DNA from: Octopus sinensis
Taxonomy: Eukaryota
NCBI RefSeq assembly: GCF_006345805.1
Contig: NC_043009.1
Span: 28,272,001 to 28,336,000 of the forward strand
Length of the DNA stretch: 64,000 nucleotides
Reading direction: 5' to 3'
Shown here: in pieces, positions 1-12,129 of the stretch
How positions within the stretch are numbered: position 1 is the stretch's first letter
How the letters are laid out: each line of letters starts with the position of its first letter
Translations under genes and position numbers: made by a program
The notes under the pieces: generated by a model
What the model saw: only the letters and a program-made list of their open reading frames with translations
The model's database searches: none
Told to the model about the DNA's origin: nothing

Positions 1-820
1 TAAACAAGCGAACACCATTTGTCAAGCTGTGGTAGCAGCACAAACTGAAAGATACACACATACATACTCACACAAGCCTTCACATAGTTTCTATCTACAA
101 GATTCACTCACATTGCTTTGGTTGGCATGGGAATCAAGGTGTCGCACTGTGGGACTGAACCCAAAAACATTGTGATTGCAAAGGGAGTTTCTTAACCATA
201 CACAAACACACATAATTGTTTTCTATGAATATTATTTTGTGCAATCTGTCGACCAATTTAACACCAACAAATGTTCATTAGAGGCGGTTGCAAGCATTAA
301 ATCTGTTGCAAGCATTAAATAGACCAGGCACCTGGTTTGAGATTAAATTCATCCCTTTCACCCATCAGTTTTGAGACCTTAACAAAAATAAAAGGTCATA
401 GTTGGTGCCCTTCCGTCCCAGAAAAAAATAACAAAAAAAAATAACAAAACAAATAAAAAGGAGAACCCTGACCATTATCTTTTACAGAGCTTTACAGATC
501 TGAGGCTAGAGTCTATATAAAATGATGTACTCCAACATCTTATAGGAACAGAGTGGGCTTGTCATTGATAGGGCCGCAAATGGGGACAAAAGGACTTTGA
601 CAAACCTAAAAGATTGATTAACTAACTGAACAATTAATCAAACAATTAATTAATTAATTAGTTGACTGGTTAAATATTTGATTGCAACATGATCAAGCAA
701 TTAATGACATAAAAGTAGAGAAAGGTCTTGCTCCCTTAGGAATCCCCACGGAGATACATTATTTACATTATTTACATCATTTACATTTGACAGCTATTTG
801 TCCTCATCCTGTTTGTTGTT

Positions 821-868
821 AACACAATGTTTTGGATAATATACCCACCAGCCTTCATCAGGTGTCTT
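821..868 (-). ncRNA. Degenerate minimal hammerhead ribozyme-like motif
   Basis: Minus strand: GACAC-CTGATGA-AGGCTG...TATCC-AAAAC-ATT-GTGTT. The sister copy at 3028-3074 keeps GAAAC. Stem I is GACAC/GTGTT. Confidence 0.55.
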
Positions 869-927
869 GGAGGAAATTTTGAACCTGGGTTCTCATTCCT
901 AAGGTATTTTTCAATGTTATTACTATT

Positions 928-958
<31 letters not shown>

Positions 959-975
959 TTATTATTATTATTACT

Positions 976-2909
976 ATTTTTTTTTCTTCTTCAAATTTTC
1001 TTCCATTTCTTGCCGAGTGTCTCCCCGACTCCTAGGGCAAAGAAACTCATAGTGTATATTGGTAGGCCATTAAACCAAACTCAGTAGTTCGTTCATTTTT
1101 TTAATTTTTTTTTTTTAAAGTTAAATTAAAATACATGAGCAGCAACAGTTCTCACATCGACAATGCTCTTCTCAATACGTGTGATGTACCAGTTAAGACA
1201 ATCTTTTGCACTTCTTGCAGGGATGGTAAGCCAGGGATCATTCTCATATAATTTTCGGTTCCCTTCTTGATCATTCCTAGTGCTCCTACGATCACTGGTA
1301 TTGTAACTGCCTTGAGATGCCACATTTTCTCAATTTCAATGAGTAGGTCTTTATAATTTCTGAGCTTGTCAAACTCTTTCGCTGAGATATTATGATCACA
1401 GGGGATGCTCATGTCGATCAATATGCAAACTTTATTGTTTTGGTCTTTCACAACAATATCTGGTTTATTGGCCTTGATGATTCGGTCTGTATGTACTGGA
1501 AAGTCCCACAGAATGGTTACATTTTCTCCTTCAGTTACAGCCTCAGGGTGGTGATTATACCACTTGTCGGCAGTTTTGATATTGTAATGCCGACTTATTA
1601 GCCAGTGGAGATATTGGCCAACTCTGTCATGTCTTAATTTATACTCCACTGGTGCTAAGACTTTACATCCAGAGATTAGGTGGTCCACTGTTTCAATCAT
1701 GTCGTTGCAGAATCGGCATTTTGGGTCTGCTCCATTTTTCATCACATTGGCCTGGTAGTTCCGGGTTGATAGGCTTTGGTCTTGAGCAGCCAGGATGAAA
1801 CCTTCACTCTCTGCTTTTAGCCCTGAGCTCCGCACCCACTGATGGGTTTGCTTCTGGTCAACATCAGCTTGTCTGCTGCGGGTCACATATTTGCCGTGCA
1901 GAGGTTTCTCCTCCCACCTATCAGCCAATTGCTCGTGCGCTTTTTTCATTGCCATCATTTTCACGTTCTTTGCAGCAATAGTTGCCATACTTCCCTCGGG
2001 TTGTTCAGTTTGGGTATCCTGCACGAGATCAATAGCAAATTTTTTGCTTTCCTTGATGATAGAATGAAGCTTCTTTCGTCTCTCGTGATTTTCCACGAGC
2101 TTTAGCATCCAGTCATTCAATATTTCGAGATATTTGGCCAGTCCAATTGTGGTTGTTTTGTAAGCTAGTTCAAATTGGATCAGGCCTCGACCTCCTTGGG
2201 CTCTGGGAAGGTAAAGGCGATCTACGTCTGCCTTTGGGTGGTGCATCCTATTACAACTCAGCAGCTTGCGTATTTTTCTATCTATATTCTTTACTTCACT
2301 CATATTCCAGTTCAACACATTGTAGCTATAAGTAACAACTGGAACTGCTAGGGAATTTATAGCTAACACCTTGTTACGTGCATTTAGTTCAGATTTCAGG
2401 ACTGCACGAACTCTCCTATAACATTCCTTCCTGATTTTCTCTTTCATGCTTGCATGCTGAATACCAGAGCCTTCATTTATCCCTAAATATTTGTATGTTT
2501 GTTCTTGCTCAAGCTCTCTTATGACTGTGTCAACATCTAACACGACTGAATTTGTGGTCTTCACTTTCCCTTTCTGGAAAGTGGCCTTGGCACACTTCTC
2601 AAGTCCAAACTCCATCCCGATGTCATCGCTGAATGCTTTCACGGTGCGCAATAGGCCTTCAAGTTCATTATTGTCTTTACCATAAAGTTTTAAGTCATCC
2701 ATATAAAATAGATGGCTTATTTTTTTATTGGCAATTTTATACCCATACCCTGTTCTGTTTAATTCACTTGTAAGGGGTATTAGGGCTATGCAGAATATTA
2801 AAGGTGAAAGTGAGTCACCTTGAAAAATTCCACAGTTGATGTTTATATTTTCTGAGGCAAGTACTCCATTAGAGTGGTATAATTGGAGATTCGTATTCCA
2901 CAACGACAT
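976..2909 (-). mobile_element. 5'-truncated non-LTR retrotransposon, R4/Dong-like (RT + CCHC + restriction-like endonuclease), inserted in a (TAA)n tract
   Basis: Motifs GIFQGDSLSP, HLFYMDDLKLY, FGLEKC, YKYLG (RT); CRFC-x7-HLISGC (CCHC); RHD, KPDIVV, KxxxY (RLE). About 175-nt 3' UTR ends in an A-run then (TAA)n at 915-977. The 5' break abuts (TAA)n at 2910-2950. Confidence 0.95.
1152..2909 (-). CDS. Partial retrotransposon ORF (C-terminal RT, zinc knuckle, RLE), uninterrupted to stop
   Basis: ORF track 1152..2972. The first ~21 aa (MIPGSDLNNNN) come from the host SINE head and (TAA)n. Element sequence starts at SLWNTNLQL; N-terminal RT subdomains are missing. Confidence 0.9.
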   Translation of the reverse strand: MSLWNTNLQLYHSNGVLASENININCGIFQGDSLSPLIFCIALIPLTSELNRTGYGYKIANKKISHLFYMDDLKLYGKDNNELEGLLRTVKAFSDDIGMEFGLEKCAKATFQKGKVKTTNSVVLDVDTVIRELEQEQTYKYLGINEGSGIQHASMKEKIRKECYRRVRAVLKSELNARNKVLAINSLAVPVVTYSYNVLNWNMSEVKNIDRKIRKLLSCNRMHHPKADVDRLYLPRAQGGRGLIQFELAYKTTTIGLAKYLEILNDWMLKLVENHERRKKLHSIIKESKKFAIDLVQDTQTEQPEGSMATIAAKNVKMMAMKKAHEQLADRWEEKPLHGKYVTRSRQADVDQKQTHQWVRSSGLKAESEGFILAAQDQSLSTRNYQANVMKNGADPKCRFCNDMIETVDHLISGCKVLAPVEYKLRHDRVGQYLHWLISRHYNIKTADKWYNHHPEAVTEGENVTILWDFPVHTDRIIKANKPDIVVKDQNNKVCILIDMSIPCDHNISAKEFDKLRNYKDLLIEIEKMWHLKAVTIPVIVGALGMIKKGTENYMRMIPGLPSLQEVQKIVLTGTSHVLRRALSM

Positions 2910-2916
2910 ATTATTA

Positions 2917-2955
<39 letters not shown>

Positions 2956-3016
2956 TCACTGCCTGGAATCAAACTCGGAATCTTGGGGTTAGTAGCCTGT
3001 AATTTTAACCACTACG

Positions 3017-3135
3017 AAATTTCCCCAAGGCTCCTAATGAAGGCCAGAGGGTATATCAACTGAAACACTGTGTTAACAACAAACAAGATGAGGATAAATA
3101 TCTGTCAAATGTAAATAATGTAAATAATGTACATA
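3017..3135 (+). repeat. Inverted copy of the 3' tail of the SINE at 756-880
   Basis: aaatttccccaagg...tgtgttaacaacaaacaagatgaggataaatatctgtcaaatgtaaataatgtaaataatgt aligns with the reverse complement of 756-880. Confidence 0.85.
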
Positions 3136-4125
3136 ATTCCTAATCTCTTAAATATAGAACTGTGCCCCTCTGAGATGTTTAAATGTCTTGTTGAGTTGAA
3201 TACAGCCTAGTCACCTATATAGACTTTCATCACCCTTGTTGTCAACCTCATTATTTTAATGTCCATTTTCCCATGCTGACACGAGTTAGATGAATTGTTC
3301 TGCTCTGAGTCAGTTTTCTTTGAATTACACATCACTGTTAGATGGATTGAAACTCAGGTCTCACTCATGAGATACATTTTCTGACATGGTTTCTATGGTT
3401 AGATGCCCTGCCTAATCCAATCACTCTATAGCAGGTTCTTGGGGCATTTTTATCATAGAGTCACCACTAGAAAAGTTGTCGCATTATCAGACAGGCTAAA
3501 AGGCCTCTCAACCTTTTGTAGTCTCTTCCTATTTGTTAACCACTGTACAGAATGTACTGGGCATATTTTATCATGGCACCATCATCAGAGAGGGTTTCTT
3601 ATCCTTGGAAGGGCCAAAGAGTTCTCTCTTCTCTTATTCATTCACTGGCACCAAAGATATCATTTCTCTCTTCAGCAAGACTTAGAACAGATTCCTCTTC
3701 CATGGTTTGTCTCCATTCTTTTATTCCTTTCTTTCCCAGTTGACCAGATGCAAAGAGGGTTTTTCTCTCCATTAAAAAATAAAGGAGAAACGGTAAAGAT
3801 CTTTTACTCAGCAATAGGAAACTACACTCAGGTTTGGTTCTATGCCTAACATCTTTGTTTTGATTTTGGGATACATTATGGAAAACTTATATTTCAATCT
3901 TTTATTCAAGAAAAAACCAATAAAAAGGTTTCTAAGAACTTATAAATTTTAAAAATATTTTTCAGCATCTGTCTGAGAAAAAACTATTTTGAATAGTTTT
4001 TTTTTTTAATATTTGTATAAGCTGGCAATCTGAGTGGCTTTGCTTTGCTGATCTGATAAATTGGTAAATAATCAGAGTACAATAGAGTACATTCAGAAGA
4101 TTAAATATCAGGAAACATATAACAG

Positions 4126-4284
4126 GGATGATAATGATGATGATGATGGTGATGGTGATGTTGGTGATGATGATGTTGATGGTGATGATGATGATTATGA
4201 TGACTGTGATGATGATGATGATGATGATGTTGATGGTGATGATGATGATGATGATGATGATGGTAATGATGATGATGATGACTG

Positions 4285-4319
<35 letters not shown>

Positions 4320-4331
4320 CTGATGGTGATG

Positions 4332-4363
<32 letters not shown>

Positions 4364-4430
4364 GATGATGATGATGATGACGATGATGGTGATGATGATG
4401 ACGATGATGGTGATGATGATGATGAGATTG

Positions 4431-4514
<84 letters not shown>

Positions 4515-4851
4515 CGATGATGGTGATGATGATGACGATGATGGTGATGATGATGATGATGATTGTGATGGTAATGATAATGGTGGTGGTGAAGATGATG
4601 ATGATGATGTTGGTGATGGTGATGATGATGGTGGTGATGATGTTGATGATGATGATGATTATTGTGATGATGATGATGATGATCGTGATGGTGATGGTGA
4701 TGATGATAGTGATGGTGGTGATGAGGATAATGATGATGATGATGATGATGATGGTGAAGGTGATGATGAAGATGATGGCAATGCTGCTGCTGCTGTCGAT
4801 GGTGATGATGACGATGATGATGAGGATAATGAGGATGATGGTGATGGTGAA

Positions 4852-4890
<39 letters not shown>
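4126..4890. repeat. Long imperfect (GAT)n array
   Basis: Direct reading; explains the poly-D/poly-M ORFs. Confidence 0.97.
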
Positions 4891-4891
<1 letters not shown>

Positions 4892-4971
4892 TATCAGTTC
4901 TCTCTTTCAGTATTATTTCAGAATACCAACATGACATGTTCATTTGATCATTTATTTATTTATTTTTCATT

Positions 4972-5002
<31 letters not shown>

Positions 5003-5174
5003 TTATTAATGTTTTTTTTTTCATCTTTGCATAAGCCACATCATCAATATTTATCATCATTCAAAGACTAAAGAAAGATATTATACCGAACTGACACAAT
5101 CCTGTTTATATAAATCTATGAAAGAATTATTAGTAATATTTCGCTGCTTCTCTGTCTGGGATGTTCTTTTAGTC

Positions 5175-5567
5175 TTACTTGTTTTAGCCATTTGACTGTG
5201 GTCATGCTGGAGCACTGTCTTTAGTCAAAGAAATCAACCCCAGGAATTATTCTTTGTAAGCCTAGCACTTATTCTATTGGTATCTTTTGCTGAACTGCTA
5301 AGTTTCAGGGCTTAAACATACTAAAATCAGTTGTCAAGCGATGGCGGAGCAACAAACACAGACACGCACAAATACATAAATATATATTTGTGTATATATG
5401 TATACAATGGGCTTCTTTCAGTTTCCATCTATCAAATTATTCACAAGGATTTGGTTGGCCTGAGGCTATAGTAGAAGACACTTGCCCAAGGTGCCATTCT
5501 GCAGGACTGAACCTGGAACCATGTGTTTGCGAAGCAAGCTTCTTACCACACAGCCACTCCTGTGCCT
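5175..5567 (-). mobile_element. SINE family A (tRNA-like head, internal (TA)/(TG) microsatellite, AAGAGTA-type tail)
   Basis: Aligns by eye with the copies at 51391-51795 and 62659-63100. Confidence 0.85.
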
Positions 5568-5829
5568 CAAAATGGTTTCACATTCCGATTCATTTTCAAC
5601 ATATTCACAAAGATCACAGTTAATGGATATTTTATATTTTATCTTTTGTCTTTTACTTGTTTCAGTCATTAGACTGTGGCCATGCTGGGGCATCACCTTG
5701 AAGAATTTTAGTCAAAGAAATTAACATCAGGGCTTATTTGGTTAAAGTCTGGTATTTATCCAACAGGTCTCAGTTGTCAAACGCAGAGTCAAAGACACAC
5801 TATTGCAGTCATCCATACATACAGGCATG

Positions 5830-6015
5830 TCCTTTGCAGGTGCTGGTGCCATATAAAATGCACCCAGCACACTCTGTAAAGTGGTTGGCCAGCTGTAGAA
5901 ACCATTCCACAACAGACAATTGGAGTTTGGACAGCTCTCTGATGGGTCAGCTCCTGTCAAACCGTCCAACCCATGCCAGCACGGAAAACAGACTTTACAT
6001 GATGATGATGATGAT
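5830..6015 (+). mobile_element. Repeat family D (RTE-like 3' tail ending ...ccatgccagcatggaaaa...(GAT)n)
   Basis: Same tail as the copies at 54927-55440 and 61992-62380. Confidence 0.7.
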
Positions 6016-6739
6016 GACGGCGATGAAGATGGTGATGATAATGATGCTGATGATGATGATATGCTCATATACAATGGTAATCCTTCAGTTTGAGTCTACC
6101 AAATCCATTCACATGGTTTTGGTTGGCCCTGGGCTAAAGTAGAATATACTTGCCCAAAATGCCACTCAGTAGGACTGAACCCAGAACCATGTTGCTGGGG
6201 AACAAAACTTCTTACCATACAGCCATGCCTGTGCCTTTATGGCAAAAAAAAAAAATCAAATACATATTGGGAATAAATATAAAAACAAAAAGAAAATAAA
6301 AATATAAAGAACAAAAATGATCTCTTTGGTAAGTAGCACCATTAACCAAAAAACTTCACCATCTGGCACCATGAAGACATTGTTACAAAGCTGACATCAA
6401 GGAAATTTGAGCTTGGAATGCTAAAAGCCAGAGCTAATAATACTGATTTTAAATTCTGGCACATATCTTGTAATTTCAGGAGAGGAGGTAAGTTGATTAC
6501 ATCGACCCCAGAGCCCAACCGATACTTCTTTTTAAAGACCTTAAAAGCTTGAAAGATGATGTCAGCCTTGCTGATACAGAATGTGGAGAGAGATCAAGTG
6601 TCACTGAGCCTTTTACTCAGTGTGGTAAAGGTTTTGTAAACCTTGTTTTGGTTTACACAAGGCCAACACTTTTGAAGCGAGGAAGTTAGCGAATTCCATG
6701 AATTCCAGTACTTGACTGATCCCATTTCTTTCTTTTATT

Positions 6740-7130
6740 CTTTTGCTTGTTTCAGTCATTTGATGGCCGCCATGCTGAAGCAGTGCCTTTAGTTGAACAA
6801 AACTGACTCCAGGACCTTATTCTTTGTAAGACTAGTACTTACTCTGTCGATCCGTTTTGCCGAACCACTAAGTTTCGGGTATGTAAACACACCAACATTG
6901 GTTGTCAAGAGATGGCAGGGCAGGTGGTGTGGGGGCAAACACAGACACACACACATAAACATATACATATATATACAGCAACCTTCTTTCAGTTTCTGTC
7001 TGCCAAATCCACTCATAAGGCTTTGGTCAGCCCGAGGCTATAGTAGAAGACACTTGCCCAAGATGCCACACAGTGGGACTGAACCTGGAACCATGTAGTT
7101 GGGAAGCAAGCTTCTTACCACAAAGCCACA
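6740..7130 (-). mobile_element. SINE family A copy
   Basis: Head, internal microsatellite and body are all recognisable. Confidence 0.85.
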
Positions 7131-7304
7131 GCTGAACCTTCCTTAATAATTAAAAAAAAATTTTATCGACCCTGGTTGAATGAAAGGTAACATTCATCAT
7201 GGTAAGACTTGAACTCAGAATGTAAAATGCCAGAACAAATGGTTCTAATGGTTCTGTCAACTCAGTGCCTTAAAGAAACTCCCACCATAACCATCATCAT
7301 TAAA

Positions 7305-7515
7305 GTGGTGAGCTGGCAGAAATATTTGCACACTGGGCAAAACGCTTAGTGGAATTTCGTCTGTCTCTTTGTTCTGTGTTCAAATCCCACTGAAGTTGAC
7401 TTCGCCTTTCCTCCTTTTCGGGTGAAAGATATAAGTACCAGCGAAACACTGAGGTCGATCTCGTCACCTAACGCAGTGACTCAAAATTTCAGGCCTTGTA
7501 CTTATAGTGTAAAAG
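7305..7515 (+). mobile_element. SINE family B (ggtgagctggcagaa...gttcaaatcc head)
   Basis: tRNA-like A/B boxes; homologous to 7661-7845, 13551-13760, 25585-25785, 30300-30468 and 56695-56905. Confidence 0.8.
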
Positions 7516-7560
7516 ATGATTATTGTTGTTGTTGTTGTTGTTGTTCTTCTTCTTCTTCTT

Positions 7561-7660
<100 letters not shown>

Positions 7661-7845
7661 GGCGATGAGTTGGCAGAATCGTTAGCATGCCAGGCAAAAT
7701 GCTTAGCAGCATTTTGTCTGCTGCTACATTCTGAGTTCAAATTCAGCTGAGGTCAACTTTGACTTCCATCCTTTTGGGGGTCGATAAATTAAGTACCAGT
7801 GAAACACTGGGGTCGATGTGATTGACTGATCCCCTCTCCACCAAA
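7661..7845 (+). mobile_element. SINE family B copy between microsatellites
   Basis: ggcgatgagttggcagaatcgttagc...gagttcaaattc...ggggtcgataaattaagtaccag. Confidence 0.85.
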
Positions 7846-7852
7846 AGGATTA

Positions 7853-7885
<33 letters not shown>

Positions 7886-7888
7886 TTA

Positions 7889-7925
<37 letters not shown>

Positions 7926-7941
7926 TACTACTACTACTACT

Positions 7942-7983
<42 letters not shown>

Positions 7984-8887
7984 TTATAACAGCAACAACC
8001 AAGAGATTTTAAAAGGATTTTTTTTTAAATATAAAGATAAAAACACAAAAAACACCCACAAAGCATCATATGGAAAAGTGAAATGGAAACAAAAAAAAAA
8101 ATGAAAAATAAACTAAAAATGACAAAACTTGAAATTAAGTGATTCAGTCAGAAAGAAGGCTAAAAATATATTTTTGTAGCATAAGAAATTTCTTTCTTTG
8201 AATTCACTACAATTATCTAATTAATTCTTATTGTTCTGTTGAAATCAATATGGAAATTATTAATAATACAAGCTAACGTGTCTATGCACTCAGATTCGAA
8301 AACTTGGACCTAAATCTTTCTTTTGATTTTCCCACTCTTTCGTTATATTGTATTCTGTGAATAAGTTCTCTTTTCTGATAAATTTACTGAAATGAAATGA
8401 CTGTGGTATTTTTCTATGGTGTCACTTTTCTTGAAGAATTGGTAAATGGATGGTTGTAAGACAAATCACGGAATAATGGAACTGTTTCTTAAATGGTACT
8501 TCTATCTTGATAAAACTGTTCATGGCATTTTATTGTGTGTATTAATGAACTGATGAATGGGAGGAGGCGATGATCTTCTATGAGGCTTGCTTAAGTTGAA
8601 CTGCTATAAAGAATAGCTGAATCTCACTCAAGTCAAAGAAAAGGCCACTGCTTGAAATATTATGAAGATGGTCACAGTTGGAATGTCTTAGGTTTCTTCA
8701 TTCATAGCTCACCTAGTCTTCAAAAGTAACAGCAATGACGAGTGAAGGCAACAGGGGTAATAGCAACAGTAAGAACCACAGCAGCAGGGACTGCAGCCAC
8801 AGGAACCACAGCGGCAGCAGCATTACTAATAGCTGCAGTCGTAGTAGTAGTTGTAGCAGCAGCAGCTATTATGCATTAACACTACTG

Positions 8888-9059
8888 GAGGATCAGTTAA
8901 TTACGATTTTATCCGACATATTCCCCTCTCAGATTCACACACTTATTGCAGCGGTCCTTCAGTATTTCTACGCCCTGTAAATGAACTCAGAAGTTTAGGC
9001 CCCCAAACAGGCTTTTCATGATACTCTTAAAGCCAGGAACTTTTCAACAGCCCCTCATA
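8888..9059. mobile_element. Mariner-like MITE, partial (right TIR aaagccaggaacttttcaacagcccctcata)
   Basis: Homologous to 9568-9780; TIR ends in TA. Confidence 0.65.
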
Positions 9060-9567
9060 CATATATATTATTTATGTAGTATTAAGAAAGTTTAACCATA
9101 TATTAACTAAATTTGATTGAAATTGATAGGTGAGCATTTGGCCAATCAGATTCACAAGGAGCCATGTAAGCATCGATTTGTGAGTTCAATTCAGCCTGAG
9201 GCTGGTTCATCATTTTTCAGTCATTTGTTTATATTTAAAAATATTGTCACTTCAAATCGTAGATTAAACATCATTATGATATATATTATAGTTATTATAC
9301 TATGAGTCTTCCATAGCAGCTTTCTCTCTGTAACTTGCAAAGCCTTTTGGGTTTCTTAATTGAGATATTATTTATATATATATATATATATAAATGGAGC
9401 AGAAATGCAATAGAGGACAATAAAAACATTTGGACAGATAGATGAAACAAAGGTGGACAAGAGAAACAACAATTAGAAAGACAGGCAAAAAAGGGGGGTC
9501 ATTTGTGGCCTTCTCTCCTCAGTCAAGTGCCAAATGTCATGACTATTTTGGGCTGTTACTCTATACA

Positions 9568-9780
9568 TACAAAGAAGTGCTTAAAAGTTCCTGGCTCTGG
9601 GTAAAAGAAAACAGAGTAGGATCAGTTAATCATGATTTTATTTAGTAAATTCCCCTCTCGGATTCACACACTTATTGCAGCCATCCTTCAGTTTTTCTAA
9701 GCCCTGTAAAAGAACTTGTAAGGTTGGGCTTCCAACCAGGCCCTTCAGGATAACTTTAAAGCCAGGAGCACCCACTCATA
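9568..9780. mobile_element. Mariner-like MITE with both degenerate TIRs
   Basis: Left end tac...aaaagttcctggct and right end aaagccaggag...cata are inverted; TA ends. Confidence 0.65.
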
Positions 9781-10129
9781 GACATGTAACAAACCCTGCA
9801 ACGTATTTTGTCCATTCCTTTAACAATCTTACATATATATATCTTATATGTGCATGTGTGTGCCTGTGTGTGTATATCAAACCACACATATATACATATA
9901 ATATTACAATCTCAAAGAATCGGTACATTGAGCAAAAGTATGATGTATTTTAATCTGCTTCTAAGATCAATAACATAACTACCCAGCAAAGTATTATGGG
10001 TCTGACGTAATTAACTGAAAGCTTTGAAGGCAGTGCTCCAGCATGGTCGCAGTCCAATTAATTAAATCTGCGAAAGAACAAAGTAATTTTAATGCCTGTT
10101 TTTTTTCTTTTCTTTTTGTTTCTGTAAAG

Positions 10130-10215
10130 GAATTAGGAAGAATTAAACTGGATTTTGGACATACATCACAAGAACCTCATGTTGCTTGGACAGGAGCTAA
10201 TTTTGTATCAGAACT
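10130..10215 (+). CDS. Candidate internal exon (ELGRIKLDFGHTSQEPHVAWTGANFVSEL), possible actin-family C-terminal motif
   Basis: Long polypyrimidine tract + AAG acceptor, GTCAGT donor, and only one open frame. Part of the putative chain 5036-5132, 10130-10215, 21147-21209, 49379-49479, 50426-50517. Confidence 0.35.
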
Positions 10216-10430
10216 GTCAGTATTCTCCCTCTCTCCCTCCGTCTCCCCTCACCCTCACCCTTTCTCTCCCCACCTTCCCCTCCCTCCCTCCCCTCCCCCC
10301 ACCCCACTGCCCTCCATCTTTCCTCCTTCTCTCTCCCTGTCTCTCGCCCACTCTCTCTCAAGCTTCCTCATTGTGCGTGTGTGTGTGTATCTCACTCTCT
10401 CTCTCATTCGATTTCACTGTCTTCTTTCTT

Positions 10431-10468
<38 letters not shown>

Positions 10469-10779
10469 CTTACATTTATGTGTGTTGCTGGACACATTGA
10501 AATAACTTATACAAATACCTATTATTGACTACTTCAGAAATGGAAAGATATATGTATGTGTATGTGCATGTATGTTTGCATATATATATATATATATATG
10601 TGTGTATATATAAATATATATATATATATACACATACACACACACATGCACACATTCACACGGAGGGATAAATGCACTTGTCTGTGTCTAAATGACTCTC
10701 TCTTCTCTCTATATCTTTCTATGTCTGTCTGTTTGTCCCACCCACCATGTACTACCCACTCTCTGTCAGTCTAACAGTC

Positions 10780-11675
10780 GGTCTATCTCTGTCTCTCCCT
10801 CTCTCCCTCCCTCTCTCTCTCTATGTATACACACCCACACACACATATATATACACATTTACATACATTTATATACACATGCCCACACACACACACACAT
10901 ATATATATATACACATTTACATACATTTGTATACGCATGCCCACACACATGTATATATATATATATATACACACACATTTACATACATTTATATGCACAT
11001 GCACACACACTCTCTCTCTATGTATACACACACACACACACACACATATATATAATCAATTACATACATTTATATACACATGCCCACACATATATACATA
11101 CACATATACACATACACATTTACATACACATGCATACACACACACATATACACATACACATTTACATACATTTATATACAGACATATAAATATACACAAC
11201 ATGTGAGTGTATGTGCATGTCTTTGTATGCATATGCATATGCAAAGAGTTAAGTTCATACTTACCAAAACGAAGCGGATAATAGAGGAAAAGTTTGATAA
11301 ATTGCTGAATGGATAAAAATATAAACACAGAACTGCAAACGTATACAGACATTTCCTATATGGCTTTCTGCAGACATGTGCTTAGGTTCACATATACATC
11401 AATATATACACACCTGTGATTTAGTTACATATGGACGTATCTACACAGCACACACACACACATGTATGCATCAGTATACATTGTATGTGTGTGAGTATAT
11501 ATGTATATATGTGTGTGTGTGTATATAAATATATATATGTATATCTATATGTGTGTCTATGTATGTACATATATATATATATATATATGAATATATATAC
11601 ATATGTAGACATACATATACATACATATATATATATACACCACATTCATAAATATATATATGTGTGTGCATATGC

Positions 11676-11713
<38 letters not shown>

Positions 11714-11759
11714 GTCTATCTATATATAAATAAATATATAAACAGATAGCTAGGTAGAA

Positions 11760-11790
<31 letters not shown>

Positions 11791-11931
11791 GATACGTACA
11801 TATATACAAACATATATACACATATACTAATGAATATATATGATATATAACACACACACACATATATTATATAGGTATGCATATTTGTACATACACATTT
11901 ATTTATCTCAATATATATAGGTATATATATG

Positions 11932-11989
<58 letters not shown>

Positions 11990-12000
11990 CATGCACACAC
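10780..12000. repeat. (CA)/(TA)-based compound microsatellite with a recurring ~40-bp unit (acacatttacatacatttatatacacatgccc)
   Basis: Direct reading; the unit recurs about five times in 10850-11190. Confidence 0.9.
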
Positions 12001-12129
12001 ACTCAACTATACCATTGAATCTATAAGCTGTTCTGTATGTGATATATTCAAATATCAATATTTATATCTGTTATTTTCAATTGTTTCTCGCTCTGCCAAC
12101 CTAATTGTTGTGCTACACAAGTCAGACAA

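Larger units (their letters stand above)
756..3016 (-). mobile_element. tRNA-headed SINE-like element (head 2951-3016, body 756-914) split by the Dong-like insertion
   Basis: Minus strand from 3016 reads CGTAGTGGTTAAA (A-box-like) ... GAGTTTGATTCC (B-box-like), then (TAA)n. The body resumes at 914 and ends in (ATGTAAATA)n-like repeats. Confidence 0.75.

Noticed and set aside
2910-2972. N-terminus MIPGSDLNNNN of the 606-aa ORF
   Set aside because: It comes from the host SINE B-box region and the (TAA)n target, not from the retrotransposon.
4061-5071. 336-aa poly-Asp/poly-Met ORF and similar ORFs at 22.8-24.9, 42.7, 48.5 and 58.8 kb
   Set aside because: These are translations of trinucleotide and dinucleotide microsatellites. 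They shift between D-rich and M-rich frames and have no domain content.
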